Below the pieces are notes generated by a model that saw nothing but the letters and a program-made list of their open reading frames with translations, did no database searches and was not told where the DNA came from. From NCBI GenBank assembly GCA_013239625.1, contig MU053136.1, positions 762,017-826,016 on the forward strand: a DNA stretch of 64,000 nucleotides, given 5' to 3'. Origin of the DNA: Lama guanicoe (Eukaryota). The stretch's first letter is position 1. The number at the start of each line of letters is the position of its first letter. The translations under genes and the position numbers were made by a program. Of this stretch, positions 11,101 through 24,568 are shown piece after piece.

Positions 11101-14087
11101 TCAACTCCACAAGGTCAGGCGTGGGGAAGTGAGAGGTGGTGGTTGCAAGAATGAGTTGCCTCATGCTTCTAAGAGTGAGACCAGTAGGCCTCAGCCCCGC
11201 TGCCCCGTCTGTGCTTTGAAAAACTTGCAGAGCTCAAAAAGTATTTATTTTTATAATTATAATTAAGCTTTCAATATCCTGCAGCAGGGCGGTATCATGC
11301 CTCAGATACTACCTTTCTCACTCTCCCATACCTGAGAGATAATGGTACTACCCTTCCCTTCCTTTTAAAAACCAATTGGGATGTGATTGGCCAAAAGAGA
11401 GTGAGGTCATAGATAATTTCAACTCCTTTCCAATCTGTCTTGAACCCCATACATCCTTTGTAACTCAAATTTGCTGCACTGTTCCCATGACTTTTGACCC
11501 AGCCTGGTAATTTCACACGCCCTGACTAAGAATTGCTGATATTAGGCAGTGTGCAGAGTGAACTGGCCCAGACAACAGGGTCCTGGCAAAGGGACAGTGA
11601 CTCAGGGAAAACAGATAAACAGATTGCAGTTTGCAAAAATAAACATTCATTCATTATCTCACAATTCCTGGTCTTCTTCCCACTACCCTCATAACCCAAA
11701 ACGACTGGAAGGAGAGGGATTTTCTCTCTTGCTTGGTGGAGATGGCCCTTGGCTGCTGACTTTCCAATATCAGTATTACTTTTTCTTTGACAATAACTGT
11801 ATTTCCTATTTTCATTTTTTAGAACTTTGTGGGGTTGTGGGGACGTGTGACTAGAAAAGAAGTGACATCTATCACAATTTACGCCCGTGGCTTAAAATCC
11901 CAACAGAAGCCACTTTCCACTAGAGAGAGCCTATGCTCAAAAGGGAGAGGGTGAGGGATCTGTGCTGTGTCTGCACGGGCAGACACCTCACAGGGAAGGT
12001 TGACTGATTCTCACGTGCTGATGTCATCCAGGCTTACAGGAGACCATATGCCTAAATAGGGCATCCGTAAATGTTTTTTAAGCCATCAGTCCTTCTCTCA
12101 AAGGATTTAAAACTGCTTGTGATAAAAGTTATGTTGGGAAAGGGGAATACATGAATAATTATTACAATCAAGATTAAATACCATAAGAGTCAGAAAAGTA
12201 TATGTAACTAGATTTACAAAGAAGGCTTTATGCTGGGGTGGGGGGGCCTTTAAAGGAAAGGCTCCAATTCAGCATTGCAGAAAGAAGAAAAGGGGACCAC
12301 AGAAAACTGTGGACATCAGCAGTCCCCAGACGCATCAGATTTAGCTCCTTAAGTGTAAGAGGCTTATTTCTGAAATGTTGACCATGTGAGGTCTTGTGGC
12401 TTCAAACTTTCATTAACACGTGCAGACTTGTCTCTGGAAGGGCCAAGCCCCTTTTTCATTTTTCTCTCATTACCACTGGAGAGAGAGAGAAAAGTGAAAC
12501 TTCAAAGGAGACACGCCTTCTGGGGCCTAAGGAATTTTTAGGTGTTTTTGGAGATGCTGGAGGCAGTAAAAGGTCTTTATTCACACTAGGATCTTGAAGT
12601 AAAATGGCCAAATAGAACCTTTATTGAACTAAATGATTAAAAAATGTGCATCAACCTCGTTGATGGTTCACTGTTCTGTAAATAATTCAGGAGTTAAAGT
12701 TCCTCACATCAACAGATTTCTGAGTATTTGTGATGATTGCTATAGAGTCACAGCCAATCACCAATTAAAATGAATTATGAGTAGTTCTGGTGGTTAGTTT
12801 CACTTTTAGCACTAGTTTATTTTCAAATAAAACTTTATTTTAAAATTTATTACTTTCTAAGAGAAAATGTTTTTTTTCTACGTGGGTATGGGTGCATTTC
12901 CATGCATTTGACTTGGTGTGTGATGTGAGGCCTCCACGGTAACCTGCTGGGCATCCAGGCTGAAGCGAGGCAATATCTTACCCTCTTTTATTCGGCCTCA
13001 GTAGCTACGTAGCTGAGACAGGAAATTTAACCAGTTTTCGTGTCATGAATTTAAACCAGAAAATAATGCTGCTGTCAGCAATTGTGAACAAGCATTGTTG
13101 TAAAAGCCCCAAAGGAAAACATTTAACTCCCCCACCCCAAAATGGTCCCAGTGCCTTATACAAAAAATGGTAATAAAGTGTTGTTGTCTTCTGGAGCCCT
13201 TGGGAGTGGGAGGACCACACAGCGTGGGCAGAGGGAATTAATTCTTGATCTCCTTCTCAGAACTGGGAGTGGGAGGGCTCTGCAAGGAAGGAACATGCAG
13301 GAGAATTTGACAGTGAATTACAGAGAAAGCAGCAGTTCCTTTATGGTTAGCGCAGCACAGGAGGAGGGGCCGACAGCATGCCTTTCCTTGGCACAGCCTC
13401 TCCCTCGGGGATTCCCTGTGCTCCCACTCAGAGTTCTTGCCCAGGATGCATTTGGGCCAAGGTCAGGTGAGTGCAGGAAAGGGAGAAAGAGTCAACACCT
13501 ACAGCTGCTAGTCTACTAGATGCTCACTCAGCTGTCCTTGGTGGGTTCTCTGCTTCCAGTTCCCAAATGGTCTGCCCTGGACTTCTTGAAGACTGGGAAG
13601 TTTGTCTGCTCCCTTGCCAGAGGTCAGGCACCTGCTTAGGCTCACAGGAAACCCACTCTGCTCCTTGTCTGGGTTTCCTCAGAATCTCATCCCAGGACTG
13701 ATAAGAGGGAATAATACACAGGAAGATGTTGCTCTGGTCTTGTGATCAGAGTTTCGGTATAACTTGATCTCACTTATTTTCTCAAAATTGCCTCATCATA
13801 AATTCACCTGTGGGCACTGGTGAGCAGTAAAGACATTCCCAGAACCCCTCCTGGATGCAGTAGGTTATTCTGATTTTCACCATCTGCTGAGTTTGAGAAA
13901 GACAGGTATATACTGTTTTCAGGAAAAGACATATACAGTGACATGTAGGGAGCATGAATGGCAGCCTGTGCTAAAGGAACCAGAGTTAACATTTTTACTT
14001 TGGATTTTCAGAGGATACTACACCTGCAAATTAAAGTTTCTACACCACAGTCACTCTTTCTTTTCCTTCATTGCCCTTCTACACTAG

Positions 14088-14785
14088 AAGGAATCAGTAG
14101 AAAGTATTTGAAGATGTGATAGCCAAAAACTTACCTAACCTGGGAAAGGAAACAGACTTCCAAGTCCAGAAAGCACAGAATTTCAAACAGGATCAACCCA
14201 AAGGGGAACACACCAAGACACACTGTAATTAAAATGGCAAAAAATTAAAGAGAATATTAAAAGCAACACAAGGGGAAAGCAACAAGTTATGCACAAGGGA
14301 ACTCTCATAAAGCTATCATCTGGCTTTTCAGCAGAAATTCTGCAGGCCAGAAGGGAGTGACATGATACAGTCAAAGTGACAAAAGGGTGAAACCTACAAC
14401 CAAGAATACTCTACCTACCGAGGCTGTCATTCAAATTTGATAGAGAAATGAAAAGTTTTATAGATAAGCAAAAACTTAGAGTTCAGAACCACCAAACCAT
14501 CTTTATAAGAATGGTTAAAAGGACTTCGTGAAGTGAAAAAGAAAGGCCACAACTAGAAACATGGAATTACAAAAGGAAAAAGGCAGATATACAATAAAGG
14601 AAGTAAATGAGCCATATCAAAGCTAGTAGTAAGGTTAAAAGACAAAAGGAGTAAAATCATTTATATCTATAATAAACAGTTAAGAGGTACACAAAGCAAT
14701 TAGATGTAAAAATGATGTCAAAAACAATAATCATGAGGGAAGGAGAGTACAAATGCAGGGTTGCTAAAATGCATTTGAAATTAAA
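14088..14785 (+). mobile_element. Older L1 ORF1 3' half and inter-ORF fragment
   Basis: Degenerate ORF1 DNA (atagccaaaaacttacctaacctgggaaaggaaacagac; ctgcaggccagaagggagtg) homologous to the adjacent younger ORF1. Confidence 0.75.
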
Positions 14786-16520
14786 AGACACAGTGCCAGA
14801 GAGATATGAGCAATATGAAGAAGCAGAATAACCACTCCCAATTAAAAGATCAAGAGAAATCCCCTGAAAGTATGATCAAGGAAATAGACACTGATGGTCT
14901 ACTAGATCAAAACTTCAAAAAAGAGCTGATCAAAGTACTGAAGGAACTAAAACAGATAGTGTTTAGAGATATAAAATATGTCAAAAATGAAATAGAAGCT
15001 ATAAAGAACCAAGTAGTATTAGTAAACTCATTTGCTGAGGTGAGAGCTGCCCTAAAGGCTGTCCAAAGCAGGCTAGATAATGCAGAGGAACAAATAAGTG
15101 ACCTAGAAGACAGGACAACAGAAAGCGCCCAATCAGAAGAGCTGAGAGAAAAATAATGAAAACAATATAAGGGACTGATGGGATAACATAAAGCATGCCC
15201 ATCTATGCATAATAGGGGTTCCAGAAGGGGAAGAAAGAACAAAGAGGATTGTAAAGGTATTGGAAGAAATCATGACTGCAAACTTCCCAAACCTAAAGAA
15301 AGAATCAGATATCCAAGTAGAGGAGGCTCAGAGGGTTCCAAACAGGAAGAACCCAAACAGACCCACGCCAAGACATACCATAATCAAGATGGCCAGAGAC
15401 AAGGATAAAGAAATGATCCTGAAGGCAGCAAGAGAAAAACAAATTGTGAGTTACAAGGGACCCCCCCATGAGGCTCTCAGCTGATTTCTCGACACAAACA
15501 CTACAGGCCAGAAGGGAGTGGCAAGATATATTCAAAGTCCTGAAAAAAAGATGCAGTCTAGGATACTCTATCCAGCAAGGGTATCCTTCAGAATAGAAGG
15601 AGAGAGAAAGAACTTCACAGAGACAAGCAAAAACTGAAAGAGTTTAGCAACACTAAATCCATGCTAAAAGAAATATTGACAGGTCTACTCTAAATAGAAA
15701 AGAAGCAGGATGCTACAAAAATGAGAAACTCATAACTGGAAAGGAGATAACTGCCATGAATTCCAAAAAGAATAAACAAAGAATTGTAAAAGAAGACATC
15801 TAAATCACTGAAAGTGAGAGAGGGAAGCAAGGAAAGCCACTGTGGAAAACAGTATGGAGACTCCTCAGGAGACTAGGAATAGACTTACCATGTGACCCAG
15901 GAATCCCACTCCTGGGCATATATCCAGAAGGAATCCTACTTCAAAATAACACCTGCACCCCAATGTTCATAGCAGCACTATTTACAATAGCCAAGACATG
16001 GAAACAACTTAAATGTCCATCAACAGATGACTGGATGAATAAGAAGTGGTATATTTATACAATGGAATACTATTCAGCCACAAAAACCAACAACATAATG
16101 CCATTTGCAGCTACATGGATGTTCCTGGAGAATGTCATTCTAAGTGAAGTAAGCCGGAAAGAGAAAGCAAAATACCATATGAGATCACTCATATGTGGAA
16201 TCTAAAACAAACAAACAGACAAAAAAAAAACAAATACAAAACAGAAACAGACTCATAGACATAGAATACAAACTTGTGGTTGCCAAGGGGGCGGGGGGTG
16301 GGAAGGGACAGACTGGGATTTCAAAATGTAGAATAGATAAACAAGATTATGCTGTATAGCACAGGGAAATACATACAAGATCTTGTGTTAGTGCACAGCG
16401 AAAAAAATGTGACAATATATATATGTTCATCTATAACTGAAAAATCATGCTCTACACTGGAATGTGACACAACATTATAAAATGACTAGTACTCAATAAA
16501 AAATGTTAATTATCAAAAAA
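14786..16520 (+). mobile_element. 5'-truncated second copy of the same ORF2-deleted L1 derivative
   Basis: ORF1 fragments (14806..15156, 15260..15484) closely match the 24569-27355 copy. Same junction gcaaggaaagccactgtgg near 15834; ORF2 C-terminus 15963..16205; 3'UTR with AATAAA and A-rich tail. Confidence 0.88.
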
Positions 16521-16599
16521 AATCATGTAGGAGGAAAAAAGAAAGAAAAATACATTTCTACTTTTGTATTATATATATAAAGCATACATAATTATACAT

Positions 16600-18590
16600 A
16601 AAGTATAATTGACCTGGACACTGTGTTCACTCCGGGTTCACAACATAGTGACTTGATGTTTTTATAGGTTACAAAGTGATCACCACAGCAAGTCTGGTCA
16701 CCATCTGTCACCATACAAAGTTATCACTTTATTGACTGTAGTGGGGAGGGTGTAGCTCAGGGGCAGAGCACATGCCCAGCATGCATGAGGTCCTGGGTTC
16801 ACTCCCCAGCACCCCCATTAAAAAAATTAAACAAATATTATTGACTGTAACCCCCGTGCTGTACATTTTATACCCGTGACTCCTTTATGTTGTACCTTGA
16901 AGTTTGTACCTCTCAATCTGCCTCACATATTTCTCTCATCCCCCCACCATCGTTCCTTCTGGCAACTACCAGTTCGTTCACTGTATCTATGGGTCTGCTT
17001 CTGTTTTGTTACATTTATTCGTTTTGTTTTTTAGGTTCCACACACAAGTGAAATCATACGTACATTCTTTCTCTGTCTGACTTATTTCATTTAGCATAAT
17101 ACCCTCTGGGTACATCCATGTTGCCACAAATGGCAAGATTTCATTCTTTTTAATGGCTGAGTTATATTCCTCCTCTTTATCCATTCATCTACTGATGGAC
17201 ACTTAGATTGCTTCCATTTCTTGGTTATTGTTAAATAATGCTTCAGTGAACACAGGGGTGCATGTATCTTTTCAAATTAGTGTTTTTATTTCCTTTAGAA
17301 AAACACCCAGAAGTAGAATTGCTGTATCATATGGTAGTTCTATTTTTAGTTTTTTTAGGAAACTTCATGCCATTTTCCCAGTGGTTGTACCAATTTCCAT
17401 TCTCACCAATAGTGCACAAGGGTTCTCCTTTCTCCACATCCTCCCCAACACTTGTTATTTGTTGTCTTTTTGATAATAGCCATTCTGACAGGAGTGAGAA
17501 TATAGCTCATTGTGGCTTTGATTTGCATTTCCCTGATTATTAGTGATGTTGAGCATCTTTTCACGTGCCTGTTGGCCATCTGTATGTCTTTAGAAAAATG
17601 CCTATTCAGGTCCTCTGCCCATTTTTTAAATCAGATTGTTTATTTGTTTGACCTTGAGTTGTATGTGTTCTTTGTATTTTTTGGATATTAAACTCTTCTC
17701 AGATATATCATTTGCAAATGATAAACTTCTCCCATTCAGTAAGTGACCTTTCCATTTTGTTTATGGTTTCCTGGCCCACTGGTGGGCAGGGCTGGGACCT
17801 GGCATGGCAGACTGCACTGCCCAGGGAGTCCTGGGGATGGTGCTGGTCCACTGTGGGTGGGGCTGGTTCCCGCATGGCTGGCTACTTGGCCTGAGGAGTC
17901 CTGGGACTAGTGCTGACTGGCTGGTGGGGGGAGGGGTAAGCCCACAGGATGAGTGGGCTAGAGAGAGGACTCCAGAATGGCACTTGCCAGCACCAGTGTC
18001 CTCATGGTAGAACAGGCTCCCCAGAATTGCTGCCACCAGCATCCGTGGTCCCAGGGGCGTCCCAGTTGCCTCCTGCCTCTCTGGGAGGCACTCCAAGATC
18101 AACAAGTGAGTCTGACCCAGGCTCCTTTCAAATTACTGCCTCTGCACTAGGTCACAGGGTATGTGAGATTTTGCATGTGTCCTTAAAGGGCTCTGTTTCC
18201 TAAGCCCTCTAGTTGAGGATAGTATTCAAGCCCCACTGACCTTAAAAGTCATACGTTGTAGGGGCTTATCTTCCCAGTGCAGAGCTCCCAGGCTGTGGAG
18301 CCCAGTGTGGGGCTCGGAGCCCCCTCCTTTGGGAACACCTCTGCAGTTGTGATTACCCTCCCATTCCTCAGTCACCTACCAGATAGTGTGGCTCTTGACT
18401 ATTACAGGTCTCTACCCCTCCTACCCATCTCAGTATGGTTCCTTCTTTATAACTGTAGTTGTGGGAAATCTTTTCTGCTAGTCTTCATGTTATTCTCATC
18501 AATAGTTACCTGTAAATACTCGCAGTTTCAGTGAATGTGAGGAGGTGAGCTCAGGGTCTTCCTACTCCGCTATCTTGGCCACTCCTCCCA
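16600..18590 (-). mobile_element. Older L1 with 5'UTR joined directly to the ORF2 3' end
   Basis: L1-type 5' end (ctactccgctatcttgg ~18565-18578); GC-rich UTR 17771-18590; abrupt junction at 17770/17771 into ORF2 C-terminal DNA and 3'UTR (ORF 16987..17184). Confidence 0.7.
16741..16837 (+). mobile_element. tRNA-derived SINE (camelid Vic-1-like)
   Basis: ggggagggtgtagctcag...gggttcactcccc (A/B boxes), A-tail, 12-bp TSD ttattgactgta (16729-16740 / 16838-16849). Confidence 0.85.
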
Positions 18591-21500
18591 TCCCAGGGGA
18601 GATTTCCTTCTGACTTTTTCATTTTAGGTTCCAAATCTTCAAATGGGATATGAGATTTTGGACTTAAAATGACATGGACTAAAGACAGAAAAGTCTTGCC
18701 CCTTGGGAAACCATAGGCAGAAGTAACTAGACATCGAAGACAGGAGTTTGGCCTCACTGGGAGGGAAGAGGTACAGAGAAAGAACCCAGTCATGAGAAGC
18801 TCCTAAAGACAGCTCCACCTCAGCCAACGTGGGGTTAGAAAACTTAGTGGATGAATTTAATATACAGCTTGTGGCCATGTTAGTCTTAATCACATTGATG
18901 CTTTGGAATGTTTCTTCTCAAATCCATTCCTTTTCTGTTCCTAAAGTACATTATTCTGAAATAATGTGAAAACATTAATCTGTGAAAACATTAATTCTGA
19001 ACATTAACCTGCTCACTCAAGATAAACATCTTGATATTTTAAAAGTCTTTTTAGTTCAAATAGTGCCTTGTGATGTCTCTGCCCAGAGCAATGTGACCCA
19101 TGACCTATGTTATCAGAACCACCTATTTCAATACATTTGTCAACATACCATGTTTGTAAAAAGGTGTCAGTGTTATGTAAGTGTTATATAAGTTGAGCTA
19201 GGTGTTTTCCTAGCTGGCGTTACTGAATTTTGTCAGATAGTTTATATTCTAACCTAACTCCAAATTACTTTATCTTTTAAGAAATAGAAGCAAAGAAACT
19301 TGTTTTCACATATACACACTAAGCAATTTACAAAAGTTCACAAGTCATATCTTATAGATGAGAATGATGAAATTGGTAAAAAGAAACACCTTTTCACCTT
19401 TTCATAGAAAAGTATATGGTAAGTGCTCAAGATACTTACACTTGGTCCATTTTAAATCACTGGAGTCCTTCCTCACTGCTTTATATAACATCACCAAAAC
19501 CCACTCATTCTTTCTTTGCAGTGCCTCTAGGATGCATTTTTCCTCTCCATTTCAAAATAAGATCATAGACTTTCTTCATGTTTTCTATAAACTGGAAAAT
19601 ACTACACAAATGCAAGATATTATTATTCCCACTATAGTCTCCTTTCTCTAGAACATTAACATCATTACCTTCTCTTTAGGTCTGTGTACCCTTCTGATTC
19701 CCCTTTCTCCAGTCTTACCCTCTTCTTGTTCCCACTAATTTGACATGAAAGACCGTAAGTATCTTGGTCACAAATGTATCTCTTCTCTGGGACATGGAAG
19801 TGGTAGCAAATATGACAAGCAAATACTTAACAGCTATATCGTATAAAGATCCGTGCATGTTGGTAGACAAAAACATTAAAACAACATTAGATAAAGGGCC
19901 ACAGAATTACGTACCATGAGACAGAACATAAATGGATCTATGGAGACCTTAGGCTCCTTTACTATAATTTAAAGGAACTTTTCTATCTTCAGCTACCTGT
20001 TGAGAAGCTATAAAAATATTTATGTTCCCTGACCTCCTCCCAAGAAAATAATACAAAAGACAACAGATCTATAGTCCCAGTGTTGCTTGCTGCAACATTA
20101 TTTACAATCACAGATATTTGTTATATCCTAATGTCCAATTACTAGAAGATACATGGACTATGAATTATAATACAGTTTATTAAAATATATAAATATTGTG
20201 TAGAATGATAGATTATTAAGTGAGAATAAAACATTATTTGACACTATAATTAAAACATTAAAATTCTGTCTATGAAGTGACAAGAATTAGAAGGAAATGT
20301 GGAAAGCTCAAACTCTGATTTTTTGGGGTGTTAAAGTGGCTTCTTCTCTTTCTTTTATTTTCATTTCCATGAATGCTGTTCATGCAAAATTCTAAACTGC
20401 TTTTTTTTTTGAAGAATCTAGCTATTGATTATTTAAAACAAAGTTATTTTGTTATTTTACCTTCTGTAAAATAGGGATAAAAACAATACACACCTCACAG
20501 AGATGTCGAGACTTAAAGTTAGACTTTTTTTTTTAAACCAGCATTTTGGAAACTGCCCAACAAAAGGCAAATGTAGAGACCTACTACATGCCACTGTGCT
20601 AGGAGCTGTCTGCATTCACGCACATACACACACGCATGCACACAAACACACAATCTCATTTATCTTCATTCTGTTCCTGCCCTTGCAGGCCCCATCTTTT
20701 CCAATCAACCTGCTGTCTCCCCAGGGTTCCCCAGCATAAACTTCCTCTTCAGGGAAAGTTCCTTCAGCCCTCACACAGCCAGCTGCACAGTCCTGCTCAA
20801 ACACTTTGACACGTGTTGTCCAATCTAACAAGTACCTATTGAACAGCCGCCAAGAAAAATGATACGAACATATAAAGATTGAGTTCCTTGCCTAAAAGGG
20901 TTGTCAATCTCATCTGAGAAACCAGGTAGATTCTAAAAACTATCTGCTTAAGGGAGAAAAGTTATCTACAACTTGGAATATATAATTTATCGTCCAAACC
21001 AATCCATTTTTGAGAGTATGAAGGAGGGTATTAATAGTTATGTTGAGGCAATAGGAGTAAACTGGGCAAAATAGGGCATGCGGACCCCATAAGGAGACCA
21101 GATCTGGGTAACTGAAGGACCCTTTGTTTGCTGAGCACCCAGAGGGACCTGGGTTTGCCACCTGGGGCAGGAAATGGGACCAAACTAAGTTAATCTACAT
21201 GATGGGGAAGTTGATGTTTCCAGGGAGACACCCAGAGCAATGGGAAGAAGTCAAAAGGCTGGAAGCAGGGGGAAGAGCTTCAGGCCGAGAGGCCCCTGTG
21301 AGAAGGTAGCAGAGAAGAGATTTGGGGGACTCAAACCAGCCTGTTCTGAATTTTAAATTGCTTGCTTCAAGGCATGTAAACAACTTCCATCTTCTCCCCT
21401 ACAAAATCCTCAGTAAAAGCTGTGTTGCCCACTCTACTCTTTTGTAAGTGGATTCTTTGGGGGGAAAGTAGTGAGATTCTGAGTTCTGCTTTGGGGTTTA

Positions 21501-24500
21501 TGTAGGGGCAAAACCAGACATGCCTACCAGAGCTAGGGTACAGAGCTAGATCAGTCAACTAAAGCAACTCTTTTTGAGTTTATCTTATGTTTTAAACACT
21601 AGGCCCTTTATACGCATTTTTTGTTTTTCATCTTTAAACAAGCTTCAATCCTTGCACAGTGCTGAAGTGTATGGTATAGACTGTGAGTTCCACAGGGAGC
21701 AAACTAGGGAGGAAGGAGTTTGGGTGAGAAGAGTCAGAACAGACTTCCTAGAGGCCCACAAAAGGGAAGGGAAGGGAGGCCGATCCAGAGGGGATGGCGT
21801 GAACAAAGATGGGGATAAGAATGAGCTGGCATTTACAGGGAAAGCGAGGAGGCCAGTCTTTTCTGCTAAGGAGTGGGGAGCCATTTGAAGGAAGCTGGAT
21901 GAAGCCTTCAGGATCTTCAGTCAGCAGAGTTAGAGAAGGAAAAAACACCTGCTACAGCCTGTTCCCCAAATGCCACAGTGCCTCCTTTCATGGCCAGGAC
22001 GCAGCTCCTCCGTTCCAGAGTGCTCCAGAGCCTGAGATTCCCTGAGGCTTTCATGTTCTGTAGCTTGGCTTCACCCTCTTAACCCTCAGCTACCCCTGGC
22101 TGCTGGTGGTGCTGCCTGGCAGCTGAGGTGAAAGTCTCAGGCGGGGGGGCCAAAGAAGCAGCAGGTCAGAATCCTTTTCAAGCAATGTATCCCCCCACTT
22201 TTTAATTATAATTATTTGCATATGCAAGAGAATATGTGTAGTGTGCATAGGTAAGTTCAGAAGCAAAATAACTAAACAGCCATGAGGCCTCCACCAATCT
22301 GAGAACTAGAATATTACCAGTATTATTGAAGTCCCATATGACTCCTTCCCATCCCAAGCTCCTTCCTCTCCCAGAGGTAACCATCATCCTGAACTTTGTC
22401 TTTTCCCCTCTTTTTCTTTGTGTACTTACCATACACACACACACACACATATATATATACACATTCCTAAACAACATATTCTTTCTGTTTTCTTGTTTTT
22501 AAACTTTATAAAAATCTTTTCATACTACTGTCTTCTAAACTTGCTTTTGTCACTTAACCTTGTATTTCTAAGATTAATCCATTGATGTTAGACGGGACAG
22601 TTCATTCATTTTCACTGCTAAATAGTTTCCATTTTATGACTATACTGCAATGTATTTCTCCGTTTTTCTACTGATGGTCGCCTTTTGTCTTTTAAAAAAT
22701 TTATTGTGAGATTACAAAAGTAAGATATATTTGTTGTAGATAATTGGAAAATACAAAAGATGATAAAAATTGTTTGAAATCTCACTACCGTCAGCATCTT
22801 GATTTATATGTTTTCAGTCATTTTAGCCCATTTTTTAACAAAATGTGGATCATACTGAACACAATCCACATTTTACTTAACCATGTCATGAATATCTCCC
22901 TATTCAGCAAGCTTCATCCTTCTACAACTTGATTTTTAATGACTATTTTTTACTCTCTAATAGTTGATGGACACCTAAAATTTTTGAGGAAGACAACTGA
23001 GGTTGTCATGAAAAAGCATTCTGAAAAGAAAATTGGGGCAGAGGAAGCTAAATGTAGAAGGCCACTTCAGAGGCCATTGTAATTATCTGTGCCCTGGCTG
23101 CCTTCCCAGTGCCTTGGGAGCTCTGGGAGAGACCCTGAGAAATGAAAACAGATCCTAACCCTCAGCAAGATGTACAGTGCAAAGCACCACAGGGTGAATC
23201 CAGGAACAAGTACTGTGAGAACTCAGAAGAGGGTAGGAGTCGGGGTCTGGCAGGGCCTCCCAGAGGAAAGGGACAGGGGGTGGCAAACGGGACAAGGGGG
23301 CTCAGCAAGTAAAGGCCCTCTTGAAAAATTATGTGTGGACTTAGGCCTTCTCCCTTCTGTCCATCATCTGTTAGTCATCATTTTCTACTCTTTCAAATGA
23401 GAGTAGGAAGTCCTCTTCCTTACTCCTCTTTCCATATGGAGACTCGTTCTCATTTGTTTTCTCACAACTCCTTCAGAAGAAGACCAGCCTGAAGAACCTC
23501 CAGCCACAAGGAGGGTGATTCAGCATAACTTTTAACTGATTTAAAATCCTTGAAAATGGTCTTTGGCAACTTCATATTTGATTCATCGCCTGCTTCATAC
23601 TTTGTCAATTGCTACTTATAAGCACACACAGGTCGCTGCTTATAAACACATACAATTTCTTTGGCAACAAATTTCTGCTTCACTTCCATGGCCTAGCTCA
23701 TCTCTCTGTTACATTTGCTAAGAAACCTTCCCCCAAGTTCTTTTCTTTCCTCCTACCCCTCTTAAGTAATGGCTCCTTTCTCTGAGCCGCATTGTCCCAG
23801 TACCAGCCATTGTCACCCCACGCAGGGTTATAGTTGCTTGCTGTAGTCTTAACAATATGCTCTCCAAAAGGAGGGATCCTGCCTCCTTGGCTCTGTGCTC
23901 CCAGTGCCTGACTCCAAGAAGCTTAGTATTGTAAAATGGACACTACTTCAAAAAAAATAAAAGCAAAAGGAATGTAGGAAAAATTTAGGGGGCACAATAT
24001 TTCCTTGGGTGTAGACTAAAGAGACCTCAGCTCTGGGTAACTTTGTTACATAAGCACATCAGAAGTTTTTCATGGCACTATTTTCTATCAAATTGCCTCT
24101 GTGTCCTGCATGTTCCACATAAAACCACAATCTTATTATCACTTCCACCCACGCCGAAAACCTGCAGCACGTCTCAGTGAACAACTCTTCATATCTGCAA
24201 AGCTCTGAAGCACCTGTCTCTGCTTTCTCACTTAATGACTATTTATGAAGCAACTATTATGTTCAAGGAACAATCTCTTTTGACGTCCCCTGCAGCACCC
24301 TTGAGACCCATTGCAAGAGACAAACAAAGCTTCTATTATAAAGGTACACCCAGATGCTAAGTAATGATGGGTGAGGGTGCAACCAGCTTTACTACTGCAA
24401 CTCATGTTCTCAAAGTTATTACATGCTGTACTTCCTGTGTCCCAGCTTTCCCTGTGCCTTTTAAACTTTAATAACAGGATGGCAGCATGATACAAGCCAT

Positions 24501-24568
24501 CTAGAAACAACTTTTAAAAGTAAGGCTGCTAAAGTTTAGGAAAACTTTCTTGTATACACTATATTTTC

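Noticed and set aside
12744..12761. Minus-strand VIGCDS resembling the ITGCDSGFG motif, as the missing first exon of the SDR9C pseudogene
   Set aside because: No GFG and no flanking similarity to exon 51340-51652; likely chance.
23340..23700. Non-repetitive-looking stretch considered as a processed pseudogene
   Set aside because: Hand translation of the most plausible minus-strand frame gave an early stop and no recognisable protein; no poly(A) or TSD.
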